Source: Eledone cirrhosa
Taxonomy: Eukaryota
Length of the DNA: 64,000 nt
Reading direction: 5' to 3'
NCBI GenBank assembly: GCA_964016885.1
Contig: OZ024742.1
Coordinates: 225,432,001-225,496,000, forward strand
Every line of letters begins with the position of its first letter. The stretch's first letter is position 1. Positions 47,269-60,641 of this stretch are shown in pieces. The position numbers and the translations under genes are program-made. The notes below the pieces were generated by a model. It saw only the letters and a program-made list of their open reading frames with translations, had not been told where the DNA came from and searched no databases.

Positions 47269-47966
47269 TCTATATATATAAAACTGAGGTTGTCTGTCTG
47301 TCTACTAAAACCTTCGGCACACATCTCCTCTTAAACCGTACGTTCAAATTTCGGTGAAATTGCTACACTTGTAGATGAAGGTCCGCCGGAACCATCGGTC
47401 AAATAAATTTTCAAATAACTTCTTGTTTTTGATTATGTCATCTATATATATAAAGCTGTGGTTGTCTGTCTGTCTATCGATTTTTGGCACACATCTCCTC
47501 TTAGAATCTCTGACAGAATTGCACCGAAATTGCTATACTTGTACATTGAGCCCTAGCGAAGACATCGGAAAAAAATATTTCAAATTGACCCACCCTATGT
47601 GACGAAATCGAATCTAATGTATCGATTTTTGAGCGTAAGTGACGAGTTATTTCCCTTTGTTCTGTTTACATTGAGCGTCTTACGTTGTTTTTCTCTGCGT
47701 TGCAGTGTTTACATTTTCGATCTTTGTTAATAAATAACCAGTGCAGTTTCTATCCCCAGCATCCTCTTTTGTTATAACATTCGGGTTATCGTTATGTTTT
47801 CTTAACTTCATAAGGCATATTGTTGGTTGAGGGAATATTAATCAAAAACACCACATGCAAGTCTGCACAGTAGACACTACATTTTTTAAGCCAAAAAAGA
47901 AACTTAACATTGTAACTTTAACACAGCTACTGAGCGACCCCGAGCAACGCCGGGCTTTACTGCTAG
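47269..47966 (+). mobile_element. Non-autonomous Helitron with two 5' ends
   Basis: A|TC starts at 47269 and 47441, each followed by (GTCT)n; 3' GC-rich hairpin cccg-agcaacgc-cggg, then CTAG|T ending at 47966. Confidence 0.85.
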
Positions 47967-48117
47967 TATTCTATATAAATACTCCAGGAATTAACCTTCA
48001 TTGTACCTACGATTTATCACCACGGAAACACTGTGATTAGTGATTCATTTGTTGATTGAAAAACCACTGCATGTTGACACGATCTTCAGGTTCAACTACC
48101 GAAAACCACTTACAATT

Positions 48118-48121
<4 letters not shown>

Positions 48122-48202
<81 letters not shown>
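48122..48202. repeat. (CT)n microsatellite
   Basis: Direct inspection. Confidence 0.97.
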
Positions 48203-48203
<1 letters not shown>

Positions 48204-48224
48204 AATATATATATATATATATAT

Positions 48225-51065
48225 CATCATCATCATCACTTCATGTCCATCTTCCATGCTAGCATAGGTAGAACGGGTTGACCCTTAGGGAGAGAATCAG
48301 ATCAGCGGACCATGTTTAGCTCACCTGGGGCAAATTTTGGCTTAGTTTCTACAGCTCGATGCCCTTCCAAACGCCAACCACATTACAGTGTCAACTGGGC
48401 ACTTTATAGTGGGGACTGGGAATTAGGGAAGGGGGAAGCTTGGGGAAATTGTGGACGTAGGTAATAGGGAGGGGATGGTTACTGTAAAGGGAGGTGTGTG
48501 GGAGGGGATAAGGTTGAGGAAGGTGTTGCCTACTAGGTATAAGCCTCAGCCTGAGAATAATAGAGGGTCCATCTTCAGTAATACTGCATAGTGCCAGAGG
48601 TTGAGGTCCTGTGTTATTGCCTTGGTGAGGTGTAATTGTTCACGGTCCACTTTTATTACCTCATCCCAAGTTTTCCTAGGCCTCCCCACTACACGGCTAC
48701 CATCAACTTTGAGTGCTCTGCACCTTTTAATACAGCTGTCATCCTTCATACGCATCCCTACCAAAGCAATCTCCTCTCCTGCACACAATAACTGATCGCT
48801 CTTATGCCTAATTTCTCATGCAGTTCATTTATACTTTGCTGTTCACGTATATCGCTATTGAACATCCAGTGAAGCATGAAGGCTTCATTTCTTTCCAATC
48901 TTCACAGGTCCTCAACACACAGTGCCAAGATCTTGCTGCTGTGCAACATTGCTGTTTGTATACATGCATCATATAGTTTGCCTTTCATTTTGAGGGAAAA
49001 ACCTTCTATAGTTAGTAATGGTAGTAGCTCCCTAAACTTTCTCCAACCTGATCTCCCTCTGGTTATTGTGCTTTCAGCACACACACCCCCACTACTGATT
49101 TGGTCACCCAGGTAACAGAAACTATCTACCACTTCTACCAAACCCTCTGAGCAATTGGAGGTGATTGTATCCTGAGGGTTCTTGCTACTTACTGCTCCTG
49201 TACACCAGCCACAAGTAAAACCTACATTCGATGTTAGATCCCACTACATCTCTTGTGTACCCATTGCTTGCATTTGGGACATAGAATGAAATTTCTACCT
49301 ACTCCTTTTCTGAACACTGAGCATGGTCATTTCCCAGAGGAGATCTGGGCCCTGTTTTCCCATCTACTTATTAGGACTTTAGTCTTTGCCAGGTTGACTT
49401 TAAGACCTTTAGATTCTAGGCCATGCTTCCAGAATTTAGCCAAATCTATTTGGCTATAAGGGTTAGGTCATCAGTATACAGAAGTCCCCATGGGCAGCCG
49501 GTCTTAAACTCCACCATTATTGTCTGCAGTATGATAATAAACAGGAGAGGGCTAAGAACAGAGCCCTGATGGACACTAACCTGCACGCTAAATTCTTTGC
49601 TATAGTCATTGTTAATTCTGACCTTACTTGCTGTTTATCTATACATTGCTTGAACTGCCCTCACAAGACATTCGTCAACTCCTAGTTTTCTAAGAGGCCA
49701 CCAGATAACAGAACGGAGGACTCTGTCAAAAGCTTTCTCCAGGTTGACAAAAGCCAAGTAGAGGGGCTTAATCTTAACTAGGTACCTCTCCTGCAGTTGT
49801 CTTACAAGGAAGAGGGCATCTGTGGTACTTTTACCTTGACAAATCCAAACTGCATCTCATCTACGTTAACACATTCTCTAATCAGCTGAGCTAAGATTCT
49901 TTCAGAGACCTTCATACCCTGGTCAACCAACTTAATGCCTCTATAGTTTTCTCAATCTAGAGCATCTCCTTCGCCCTTGTAGCAGTTTACGATGCTGTTG
50001 CTATACCAGTCATTAGATATGACACATTTTGTATGACTTGGTTTACAATGCGGGCGACTATGGTGTGGCTCACCATACCTGAAGTTTTCAGCATCTCTGC
50101 AACTATCACTGAGGGACCAGCTGCCCTGCCTGACTTCATATCCTTGATTACCTTACTTACTATACGACCGCTAACTTGTAGAGTTGGTCCCTCTGTTGGG
50201 TCGATTTGTGACAGAGTGTCTTCATCCCATGCATTCTCCTCATTCAGTTCTCTTTCATGGTGGCACTTCTATGCTACCTTCTTTTCAGCATCAGTGAGGG
50301 CAAGTTCCCCCAAATCATTTCGAACACACTTCTCCTCATCGACATCATAATTTTCCCTGACACACTGTCTAGTGATCCTGAACAAACTCATACCTTCGAT
50401 CCCCATGCTGCAAAACATGCTTAATTTTTTTGTTTTATGCTTCCCTTCTAGCGAGGTAAACTTGTCACCTAGCTTCTCTCCTAGCCTTCTGGTAAACTTC
50501 CCTGCTACCCCCATTACGCCAATATTTCCAAGCCTACCTTTTGGTCCTAATTTTCTCAACTACTTTACTATTCAACCACCAAGTCACTTTCTGTCTCCCT
50601 AGAGACCTAGTCCAGCCACAGATTTCATCTGTCACCTTCAGTAGGATTGTATGTCTCTATTTGCTCTTCCTTGCTGTCGAAGGCGTCGGTCAATATACTT
50701 CTAAATTTGTCACTGTTTGATGGGTCTTTTAACTTCCATACTCATCTCCTCTAGATTGGCTTCTGTTGTCGGGTTCTTCTAGCCCTGACTATAAGGTCCC
50801 TAACTACTAAGTTATGTTGGGAGGTGCATTTTTCACTGGGGAGGGACTTTGTGTTCCTAACAGTCACTCTGTTTCGACTTCTAGTAAGAATGAAATCAAT
50901 TTGGCTGGTGTGGTCACCTGATCTATATGTGATTAGGTGGCTGTCTTGTTTTCCGAAGTTCGTGTTACAGATAAATATGTCATTTGCATTGCAGAATTCC
51001 AGTAGTCTGAAGCCTTCCTCATTTCTAGTGTTGTACCCATAACCCCCGTGGATCCCATCAAAGCC
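48225..51065 (-). mobile_element. Decayed RTE LINE (endonuclease-to-3' portion)
   Basis: [30 protein letters not shown] and endonuclease-end motifs; (CAT)n tail at 48225. Confidence 0.85.
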
Positions 51066-51374
51066 CTTGCAGAGTTATCCCATATATAAATGTGTGTGTG
51101 TGCGTGTGTATACAGTGAGTGTAAAGTTCACCAACCAAGGGGTAATGGGGGGTGACAAGAAAACAAACATTGCACATGTTGTGAAGTGGTTGGCATTAGA
51201 AAAGACATCCAACCATAGAAACCATGCCAAAATGGAAACACAGAAAATAGACATATCTTGCTAATGTGATTTCATGTTTTACAAGATGTTAAAAGTTAAT
51301 GTTTTTCCTTTTTTAACATTTTTTTCAGTTAGTTGATATTCGTTTGATTGAAAACTAACCAGATTTATCTCACC

Positions 51375-51540
51375 ATGGATATATGTCAGAAACTATTTAC
51401 TATACCTCTGCGTATCATGTGTGTTATTTTGCTGACAACACAGATGGTACTTTTGGATGTTTATTTGGCTAAATACATAAGTAAAATATGGTTGACTTGG
51501 ATTGTTGCTGATGTTATCACAATAGTCTTATTTATTACAG
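51375..51540 (+). CDS. Second copy of TMEM121/CECR6-like coding exon 1 (partner exon not in window)
   Basis: Exon 51329-51540 is the same length (212 nt) as 27307-27518, with intact AG/GT and 2 amino-acid changes (G>V, F>V). Confidence 0.6.
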
Positions 51541-51656
51541 GTTTGTAGTCTCTTTTTATTGATTTAAATAAACTCAATTTCCCTAAACTCAGTTTACTGG
51601 GCTAGAGGTTTTATCCTTATTCATGTAATAATATGTAATAATAAATGTATAATGGT

Positions 51657-53807
51657 ATCATCATCATCATCATCATCATCATCATTTTACGTCCGCTCTT
51701 CCCTGCTTGCAAGGGTGGGACGAGTCTTATTCAGCATAGCATCTCTCCATTTGTCACGGTCCTTCGTCATCTCCACCGTAAGCTTCAGCGATCTGAGGTC
51801 TGTTCTCACCACCTCTGCCCATGTTTTTCGTGGTCTACCTCTACTACATCTTCCTTCCACTGGCATTTCCTGGCACTTCTTCACCCATCAGTCATCCTCC
51901 ATGCGCATCACATGTCCATACCACCTCAGTCTCCTCTCTCACACACCACATTCTATCCCTCTCAGACACAGTTTCTCTCTCAACACATTCATGCTGGGTC
52001 GTTCACGCACATTGACACTGCACATCCAACGGAGCATGCTTGCCTCATTTCTCTCCAGCCGTCGCATATCCTCTGCAGTTGCTGCCCATGCCTCACTACC
52101 ATGCAGCATCGCGCTCCTCACACAGGCATCATATAACCGGCCTTTCGTACACAGGGAGAAACCCTCCTTCGTCAGCAGAGGAAGCAGCTCCCTAAACTTC
52201 TTCCAACCCGTCCTTATTCTAGATACTATGGCCTCGGAACACCCCCCCCCCCTCCCATGCTAATCTGATCTCCTAGGTACTGGAAGCTATCCACCATTTC
52301 TATAGCACCCGCCTGCATTTGAAAAATGTGTCTATCAATGCGACTTCTACTGTCTAATTTCCCTGTACATCTACTGCATACGTATTTCTCCCTACCTGTT
52401 AGTTTGCCTGCTATCCCGCTACATCTCTTGTGTACCCAGGATCTGCATTGTGTGCATTTTATAGAATTTATGCCAGTTCCTTTTCTGCATATCGAACATG
52501 GCCATTTCCCTGATGGAATCAGAGTTTTGTTCTCTTTTCTACTCATCAACACTTTTGTCTTAGCTAGGTTCACTCTCAGTCCTCTTGCTTCCAACTGCTG
52601 TTTCCATAGCCAGAATTTATTCTCTAGCTCCTCTACTGATTCTGCTATAAGAACCAGATCGTCGGCATAGAGAAGTTCCCATGAACAGCCAGTCTTAGAC
52701 TCCTCTGTTTTGGCTTGGAGGACTATAATGAACAAGAGCGGGCTGAGGACCGAACCTTGATGTACTCCTACTTGTATCTGGAATTCCTCACTAAACTCCA
52801 CCCTGACTTTACTGACAGTACCTCTGTACAAAGTTTGCACTGTCCTCACAAGCCATTCCTCAACACCTAGTTTCCTTAGGGACCACCAGACGACAGATCG
52901 GGGTACCCTATCAAAGGCCTTCTCTAGGTCAACAAAGACTAAGTATAGTGGCTTATTTTTCTCTAAGAACCTCTCTTGTAATTGTCTCACCAAGAAGAAG
53001 GCATCTGTTGTACTCTTCCCAGGCACAAAACCAAACTGCATCTCATCTAGTTTGACTCTTTCTCTAATTAGTTGTGCTAATATCCTTTCTGCCACTTTCA
53101 TAACCTGATCCATCAGTTTTATACCCCTATAAATGCTCCTCTCCAGAGCATCCCCTTTACCTTTGTAGCAATTTATGAGAATACTGCTGCACCAGTCTTT
53201 GGGTATGACACCACCATACATAGCCTGATTGATGATGCGTGTAACCAGTTTAGTGCCTACGTCCCCTGATGCCTTCAGCATCTCAGCAACTATCCCCGAT
53301 GGTCCAGCAGCCTTACCATTTTTCATTTCCTTAATCGCCTCTTGGACCTTATATTCGTCAATCTCATTAGTTGGTCCCTCTGTCGTATCTACTGAGGGTA
53401 ATTTCTCTCTCTCCCATTCGTTCTCCACATTCAGCAGTCTCCCATAATGACATTTCCAGGCCTCCTTTTTCTGATCATTCATGACACTAAGTACACCGGC
53501 ATCATCCCGGACACATTTATCTCCAACAACATCCTGATTTGCATTGACACACTGCCTTGCAATGTGGAACACCGCACGCCTCTGATCTTCCCGTCGCAGA
53601 ACATTGGCAAACCTCCTACTCTCAGCCTCCCTGCATGCTAAGTACACCTGACGTCTAGCTTCTCTCTTAGTGCCTGTATATTCTTCCCTACTTCCACCCT
53701 TTTTCCAAGCCTTCCATGCTAGTCTTTTGTCTCTAATGGCCTTATCTACTGTGCTGTTCCACCACCAGGTCACTCTCTGTCTGGTTGGAGCTCTGCTCCA
53801 GCCACAA
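51657..53807 (-). mobile_element. RTE LINE, 5'-truncated, relatively young
   Basis: 515-aa ORF with KAAGPSG, DLEKAFDRV, QGSVLSP, YADD and a Cys-rich insert; (CAT)n tail. Confidence 0.93.
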
Positions 53808-56058
53808 TAGTTTCAGGTCATCCATGTAGAACAAGTGATTAATGGTTTTGTCATAGACTTTATATCCATGTTTTGTTTCATTGAGCATTTTACTTAATGG
53901 TATAAGTGCGATGCAGAATAAAAGCGGTGATAAAGAGTCACCCTGAAAAATTTCACAATTAATATTAACTTCTCCAGCTTCCAGTGATTTTTTTTCACTA
54001 TTCAAAAGGAGTGTCGTTTTCTATGTCTTCATACTGAATGACAGGAACCTCCTGACAACGGGAGATATTTTGAAAATCCCTAAACATTTTCCAATCCAAC
54101 TGTGGCAAATTATCGAATGCTTTTTTTGTAATCTACCCAAGCAATTGATAGATTTTTGTGTTTATTATGACAGTCTTCCAGTATCATTTTGTTAACCAAA
54201 AGCTGATCTTTACAGCCATATGAACCTCGATTACACCCTTTCTGCTCATTGGGAAATAGATCATTTGTGATCATATGTATATTCAGTTAGGACTGATGTT
54301 AAAATTTTATACATTATAGTCAAGCAAGTTATCGGTCTGTAATTTTTAGGATTGTTTGTCTCATCATTCTTCGGAAGTAGGAATGTAATGCCGTTAACTA
54401 GCCATGATGGTATCTTTTCTGGCTCTTTAACTATTTCATTGTAAAGTTGGGCTAACAGCTCATGAGACTCTGTGAAGGCATTTATCCAAAAATTTGGTAT
54501 TTTGTCTTTTCCTGGGGATTTCCATGTGTTGGTTTTTCTAAGAGCCAAACGTAACTGTTCAACTGTTATATTTTCCCATGTTTGTTCCTCAAGGTGAGCT
54601 GTATCTTTCATTTGTCTGTCTATCCACGGGGCATGTATATTATGAACTTTTTCTTCGGCCCAGATCTTTTCCCAGAATTCTTGCTCTTCCTCCTTGGTTG
54701 GTATTGATTTCGCAGTTATTGTTGACTTGCCAATTTTTCTGTAGAAGTTTCTTTGGTTGCTTTTGAATATATTATTGTCCTTATAGAATCTAGATCGTTT
54801 TTCAAAGCGCCTTATACGAGCAGCTTTGGCTGACACTTTTTGCTCGATTATTTCTATCAGCATGTCTATGTCACTTGTTGATTTTATACTGTATTTTCTT
54901 TTCAATTTTCTAAGTTTAGTTTGTTTAACATGTTCATCTATTTTGTAGTTTATTAAAATTTCTATGTCAGATCGGAGAAAGTTTATCTGGCGATTGATGT
55001 TCTCTTGCCAAGTAGATTTCTTATGGGAATTCTTTTGTTTTTTCATTTTCACTCCACATAAGTGAGTGGTGACTTTAGCCGATGCATAATAGAGATGATT
55101 TAGATCAGTAACGTTTAGTTTGTTTGTGATGATAATGTTTTTGAGAATTATGTTAGTCTTGTGTATTATCTTTTGGTTCTGTTTGGAGTTCTGGATCTTA
55201 GGGAGGGTGTCTCGTTTCTCCATGTCAGATTCTTTCATTTTCATCCATTTGATCATAATTTCATTCTTCAAGTTGGCAAGTTCATTCTCATTCATTTCTT
55301 TATCATTTACGATCTCATTGTTTTCATTTTGAGTTTCATCTTGAGCATGCACTCCCTCCACTTTTTCGATCCTTTCTTTAATTTGTTCTGTCAGTGATTC
55401 CGCTCCAACCCTGGGATTCGAAGTGTTACAATTTACCTCGGTTTCGCTGACACATGTTTCATTTTCCCTTCGCTGACTTTGTGCTAATTGCTTGATCTGA
55501 TCAATTTCTATATCAGTTAGTAATTATTTTTCAACAATATTTCTTCGTATATTGGCTAGTTTGTTACTGTCAATATAGCCTCTGTTTTCGGGATGTTTCT
55601 TTTTCCAGTTGATATATGTCTGTTCTGTATTCGATTTATTTGATGGGTAGTACATGGCAGTGTAGAAAGCCTCAAGGACTTCTTTATTGTCTTCCCTTGA
55701 CCATTTTTCTCTCTTTTTCTTTGGATTTCTTGGTGGTGAACATGGAGGGCCAACAGTAGGAGTATTCCAGTTTTGGGAGATCTCCAGCTCCGAATTGATG
55801 GGAAGGTTTGAACCATTAGCTGAATTTTCGAACCCAGTCTGGTTCCTCTCTGAGGGACGCGGCCCTTTTTGACCCGGGTGATGGCTGATCCGGTATGAGA
55901 TTTTATCATTTGACATTGACTTTATTTTTTTGCGTTTTATCCTTAACCGCCAAGGGGTAATCATATTGTGTTACCACTGCAAGGACGAGTGTCAACCAAG
56001 ACTAGAGGGGTAGTCCTCCCCTAGAGACACAGCTATTCCTCGCCGGTCACAGGGTTTT
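53808..56058 (-). mobile_element. R4/Dong-like LINE 5' portion, truncated right after YMDDLKL
   Basis: KSPGKDKIPNFW, NYRPITCL, IFQGDSLSPLLFCIAL and INHLFYMDDLKL; no apurinic-like endonuclease (APE) domain upstream. Confidence 0.8.
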
Positions 56059-56874
56059 CTTTTTTTTTTTTTTTTTTTAAATTGTTATTATCATGAGTGG
56101 TTCCTTAATGTGAGCACTGCGTGGCTTAAGAATGGAATTATTATTAATAACATAATATACTTTTTGTTGAAGTTGTCTGTTGTTGTTGTTGGCTGTCGGT
56201 GGTGGTGCTAGGGCTTTTTCTATTGTTAGTGGGAAAGCGGGAAGCCAGCAGTGCCATAGTCGTTGACGTTTGACCGGGTCACTAAGTCAGTCTATTTATA
56301 TCTTTTGCTAGCCTCTCCCTTGTCTAGTGATACCGCCACCTTCCCCTTTCTTAAGTTAACAGAAGGTAGTGGGGTAGTAATGGTGGCGACGGTGATGGGA
56401 TAGTGGTAGCAATGATGGAGTGGTGGTGGCGGTGACTGTAGTTATGGCGTTGTCGCTACTTACTTCTTTTGAATAGACTGTAGCTAGTATGCGTTTGATT
56501 GATCTGTATATCTATGCGGTTTGTCGCCTATGTTTAATATATATGTTGACATATTTCCTTAATATTTGAATTAAACATTTTGAGAAAACTTGAGATACAA
56601 TAATAGTAATTATTATTATTATGCTGGGATTAGTGGTGGTGGTGGTGAAATTGCCGTTATCTGGCTGAATATTGAATACTGAACATTGAATATTGAATAT
56701 TTGAGCGATATAACAGGATATTATGGGTTTCCATTTGCTGAGGGCTACGCCTGGTGCCTTTTGTCCCATTTGTACTAAGAATTGTTATATCACAATTGTT
56801 TTAAATATGTTAAAAATCAAAAACTTACGGGAGCGATTCCATAACACTCTATCCACCACGTGCGTCTTCTTGCC

Positions 56875-56905
<31 letters not shown>

Positions 56906-56906
<1 letters not shown>

Positions 56907-57486
56907 TCACTGATGAAGGACTAATTTTATTCATATGTAACCCATTTGCAACCACGCAGCACGCCAATTTTTCATATATTTATATATTTTCCTCCACTGT
57001 GACCCGTCTGTTTCTTTCTTACTGCTTCCCCTTTCTCTGTATCTCTCACTTTCTTTTTACTCCCTCTGCCAGTCACTCTCTCTGTTAGCCTCTTCCTCAC
57101 ACTTTCACTCACTCACTCTTTGCTACTCCCTCTCCATCACTTCCTCCCGTTTGACCTGTACGAAATTCTTTCTCGCTCACATTTCAACCAGGTTGAATCG
57201 TCTTTATCTCTCGTCCATGATTTCACAGAACTTAAGTTCACCGATTTCAGGGACTTGACTCCTTCTTCCTCACATTTCGTTGCATTACCATCTTTGTTTG
57301 TTTACTGTCTCGCTCGTTCCCCCTATTTACGTGTCCCAACGACTTTCTTTAGCCGTTGCTCGCACCAACCAGAGGTATATGATCTTTAAAGCGATGAAAT
57401 ACCAATGAAGGCTGGAAGATCACTGATGAAGGACTAATTTTATTCATATGTAACCCATTTGCAACCACGCAGCAAGCCATTTTTTC

Positions 57487-57490
<4 letters not shown>
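56906..57490 (+). repeat. Element with about 70-bp direct terminal repeats (period 513)
   Basis: atcactgatgaaggactaattttattcatatgtaacccatttgcaaccacgcagc at 56906 and 57419; related sequence inverted at about 44590-44680. Confidence 0.75.
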
Positions 57491-57524
<34 letters not shown>

Positions 57525-57537
57525 GGGGGGGGGGGGC

Positions 57538-57805
57538 AAAATAAAATGATACAATACAGATTTTATCTTTTTTAATGCTTTACAATTGTTTCGGCCTTAC
57601 TACTGATTAATAACCGTTAGCCTAAATTCAAGCAGAGGAAATAAAATTGTGTGCAACATATATCTAAAAGGAAGAAATGCCTCATGTATTTTGGATTAAG
57701 AGGTGCCTACCGAGTTTACCTAATGGTGTATCAATTAGTAGTAATACCAAAATAATTGTGAACCATTAAAAGAGATAAAATCTTTATTCTATCATTTTCT
57801 TTTGT
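57538..57805. repeat. Short element with about 55-bp imperfect inverted termini
   Basis: caaaataaaatgatacaatacagattttatct versus agataaaatctttattctatcattttcttttg. Confidence 0.6.
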
Positions 57806-57954
57806 TGGATATGCTCTGTGTTTACATCTATCTTTCAATATATTTTACCTTAAGAATATCTCTTATATCTTCCACCTACAACTATATAAGTAGATTGAAT
57901 TGTGTTTAAAATTATTTGGCAATTATATACTCTCATATATAGCTCTCTTCGTGC

Positions 57955-58280
57955 AAATAGGGTTGTCTAACACATGTGGGCATGCCTACAAAGTCAGAAA
58001 ACCGCACAGCTCCCATGACTTTTGGAAACATTTTTTCCATGCTGAAGCATGGAACAAACTACCTGCATCAGTTGTTAACTGCCAAGACCTCCATGCTTCC
58101 TGAAATTCGCCAACACTACACCTGATATGCTTCCTCCATACACATGCACACATGTATATCATGACTCATACACTGTTCACTTTCCTGACATTTGTACATT
58201 ATTCTATGTACTATACATGCACCTTTGACGAGTTGTAATGCACCTGAGCACTGTACACAATAATTTCATTATTATTATTA
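57955..58280 (+). mobile_element. CR1/L2 LINE 3' end
   Basis: TCGHAYKV..KHFF..WNKLP and (ATT)n tail. Confidence 0.7.
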
Positions 58281-58498
58281 ATATTGAATGCCATGGTGAC
58301 GGAAGCTCGGCTCTGTAAGGTATTGTAAATTTTGACCGCTATAACAATTGTAAATTGTTTAAAACTTTAACCAAACTGTAGACAAAAACACCCTTCTCCT
58401 CGTGAGAGGGGTCTTTCTGCCCGTTATTTGGCCCTTCGGGGTTAAATAACCGCTTGTTGGGGTTTTGTGCCCAATATTTATTTTAAACCAAAAAAAAC

Positions 58499-60641
58499 AT
58501 GGCTACGAAAAAGAATTTTCACAAGTCACTCCCACTCATTCCGTCTTCTTCTTCTTCTTCTTCTTCTTCAATCGTCACTACAGCAGGGAGAAGATTGTCT
58601 CTCTCCCTCCCTTCTCTTTCGCAAGCGACGCCAGTAAAGAAAAATAGTTTACAAAATCACGTGCAAACCAAGGAACATTTCTCCACGACGGCGACAACGA
58701 CGAAAAAGGTGTGCAGGAAATACGAAAACCCATTTCATTCGTCTGACGTCATGAATAATAGCAGTAGCAGCCGTAATAACAGCAGCAACAGTGACAAGGA
58801 AAACAACAGTAGAAGCCGCAACAGCATCAGCATCAGCAGCAACAACAACAACAACATCATTAGCAGCAGCAGCAGCAGCAACAACAACAACAGCAACAGC
58901 GGCGGCGGCAGTAGTCGTAGTACCTGCAGCAACAACAAAAGTAACAGCAGCTCTGACGACAACAACAACAACAACAACAGCAGCAAAGAAAAACCAATCT
59001 CGTTTGCAGGTATCGCAAAGAACCTGGAAACCATCCTCATAACAAATGAGGAATTAGAGGAAGCGAAGAAGATGGTGACAAAATCAGGACACCGAGCAAT
59101 CTGCAAGGCAGCCGAAACATTTTTCGAAACCCAACAGCACTGTACGGTCACGTACCGTACAGTAAGCACAAAATCCTGTAGGGTTGAAAGAGCCACAGAG
59201 GCTCAAATACAAAAAGCCTTGGGGTCTGTGTGGCAGTGGAAAACGCACATCACCCGAGGCAAGAAATATACCACCGTAGACGTGCTTTTTGCCACACCCC
59301 AGGAGGCAAAGGCTCAATCCTTAGTGACCCTAAGGAGCGAGGAAATGGTGTTGGTGCCCTCCTACTGCGGGCAAAAAATTGTGAGGGTCAAACTGACCCC
59401 CCCCCCCCCCCGGGATGGCCCCTTCTTGGCTGGCCGCGTCTGTCCTCGTCGGAATCGAGGACAAAACAACTGTACTGCAAGTACAGAAAAAAGTAAGAGA
59501 AGATTGGGTCGGCACCTCCATTGAGATGTTAATCCAAACCAACCAGGAGTGCATCGAAGCTATCCCGGATGTGATAGACTTCGATAACGGCACTCAACTG
59601 CCCATAAGTGTTGAGGGCAAACGCCCGAAATGCTTTCGCTGTGGATCGAAGACTCACCTCAGGGCCTTCTGCAACGAGAAGACCCTGAGAAAGGAGAAAA
59701 CCCCCCTCCTTCCGAAACCGGCTCCACGGCTACCAGCAACAGGACAAGCGGCAACCAGGAACGATAGGTCCGTGGCACCCATACCCATGCCACGGAAATC
59801 AAAAACAGCAGCAGCAGTGGAAGTATTAACAACAACAACAGCAATACCAAATGCAGCTGCAACAGAGACTCCAGTGCAAACATCACCAACAACAACAAGT
59901 GAAAGAGTGGAGCTGGTACCCCTCCCCGACCTCACAGAATCAGACATGGAGTGTGAGGTGGGAGAGGGATGGCAAAAGGTCGTAAGAAGGCACAAACGCA
60001 GAAGCAGCGCATCGTCGCCTTCGAAAAGGGAGGAAAGAAATGAAAAAAGGGTAAAGGCTACTGCAAAGAGACTCACAGCAGCAACACCACCAACACCATC
60101 ACCACCCACACTAGCACCACCATCACCACCGGCGACAACCCTACCACCAACAACAACAACACCTTCAACACCACCACCACAAGCACCAACATCGCAAACA
60201 CAACAACAAAACACACACACCCAGCAACAACGACAGGAAAATAGCAGAACCACACCCCACCCCCAGAAAAACAAATGCACGGCAATAAATACACACAACA
60301 AGAAACTAATGACTTACATAATTGAACACACAGACATTTCACAACACGACTACATAATACCAGCACCAATCAAAACGCCAACTAACATAAGACTGCTAAA
60401 AATAGCACAGAAACAATACACAAACATTAAAACGAAATTCCCCAACGCAGTTGGTGATTTCAGAGACCTAGGAGGGACTCTCAACCGAAGAGTATATTCG
60501 GACATACTCATAGAAGAGCCGAAGGGACGATTCAACGGTCCCTTCACCAGACGATCAAGTGAAAAGGGATGGAAAAACCATCCCTCCTCTACGAAAAGTA
60601 CGGTAAGTGGTCTTTCCCATCTTTTCCACTCTATTTTAAAC
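58499..60641 (+). pseudogene. Tx1-like ORF1 (gag-like; frameshift at poly-C near 59400)
   Basis: Ser/Asn low-complexity N-terminus, CFRCGSKTHLRAFC zinc knuckle, WQKV..R motif and Pro/Thr-rich tail. Confidence 0.75.

Noticed and set aside
57575-57640. Minus-strand GAAACAATTGTA-AAGCA hammerhead half
   Set aside because: Stems I and III are plausible but no CUGANGA is present; too degenerate to call.
58735-60369. Leu/Val-rich minus-strand ORFs
   Set aside because: They are antisense shadows of trinucleotide-rich Tx1 ORF1.
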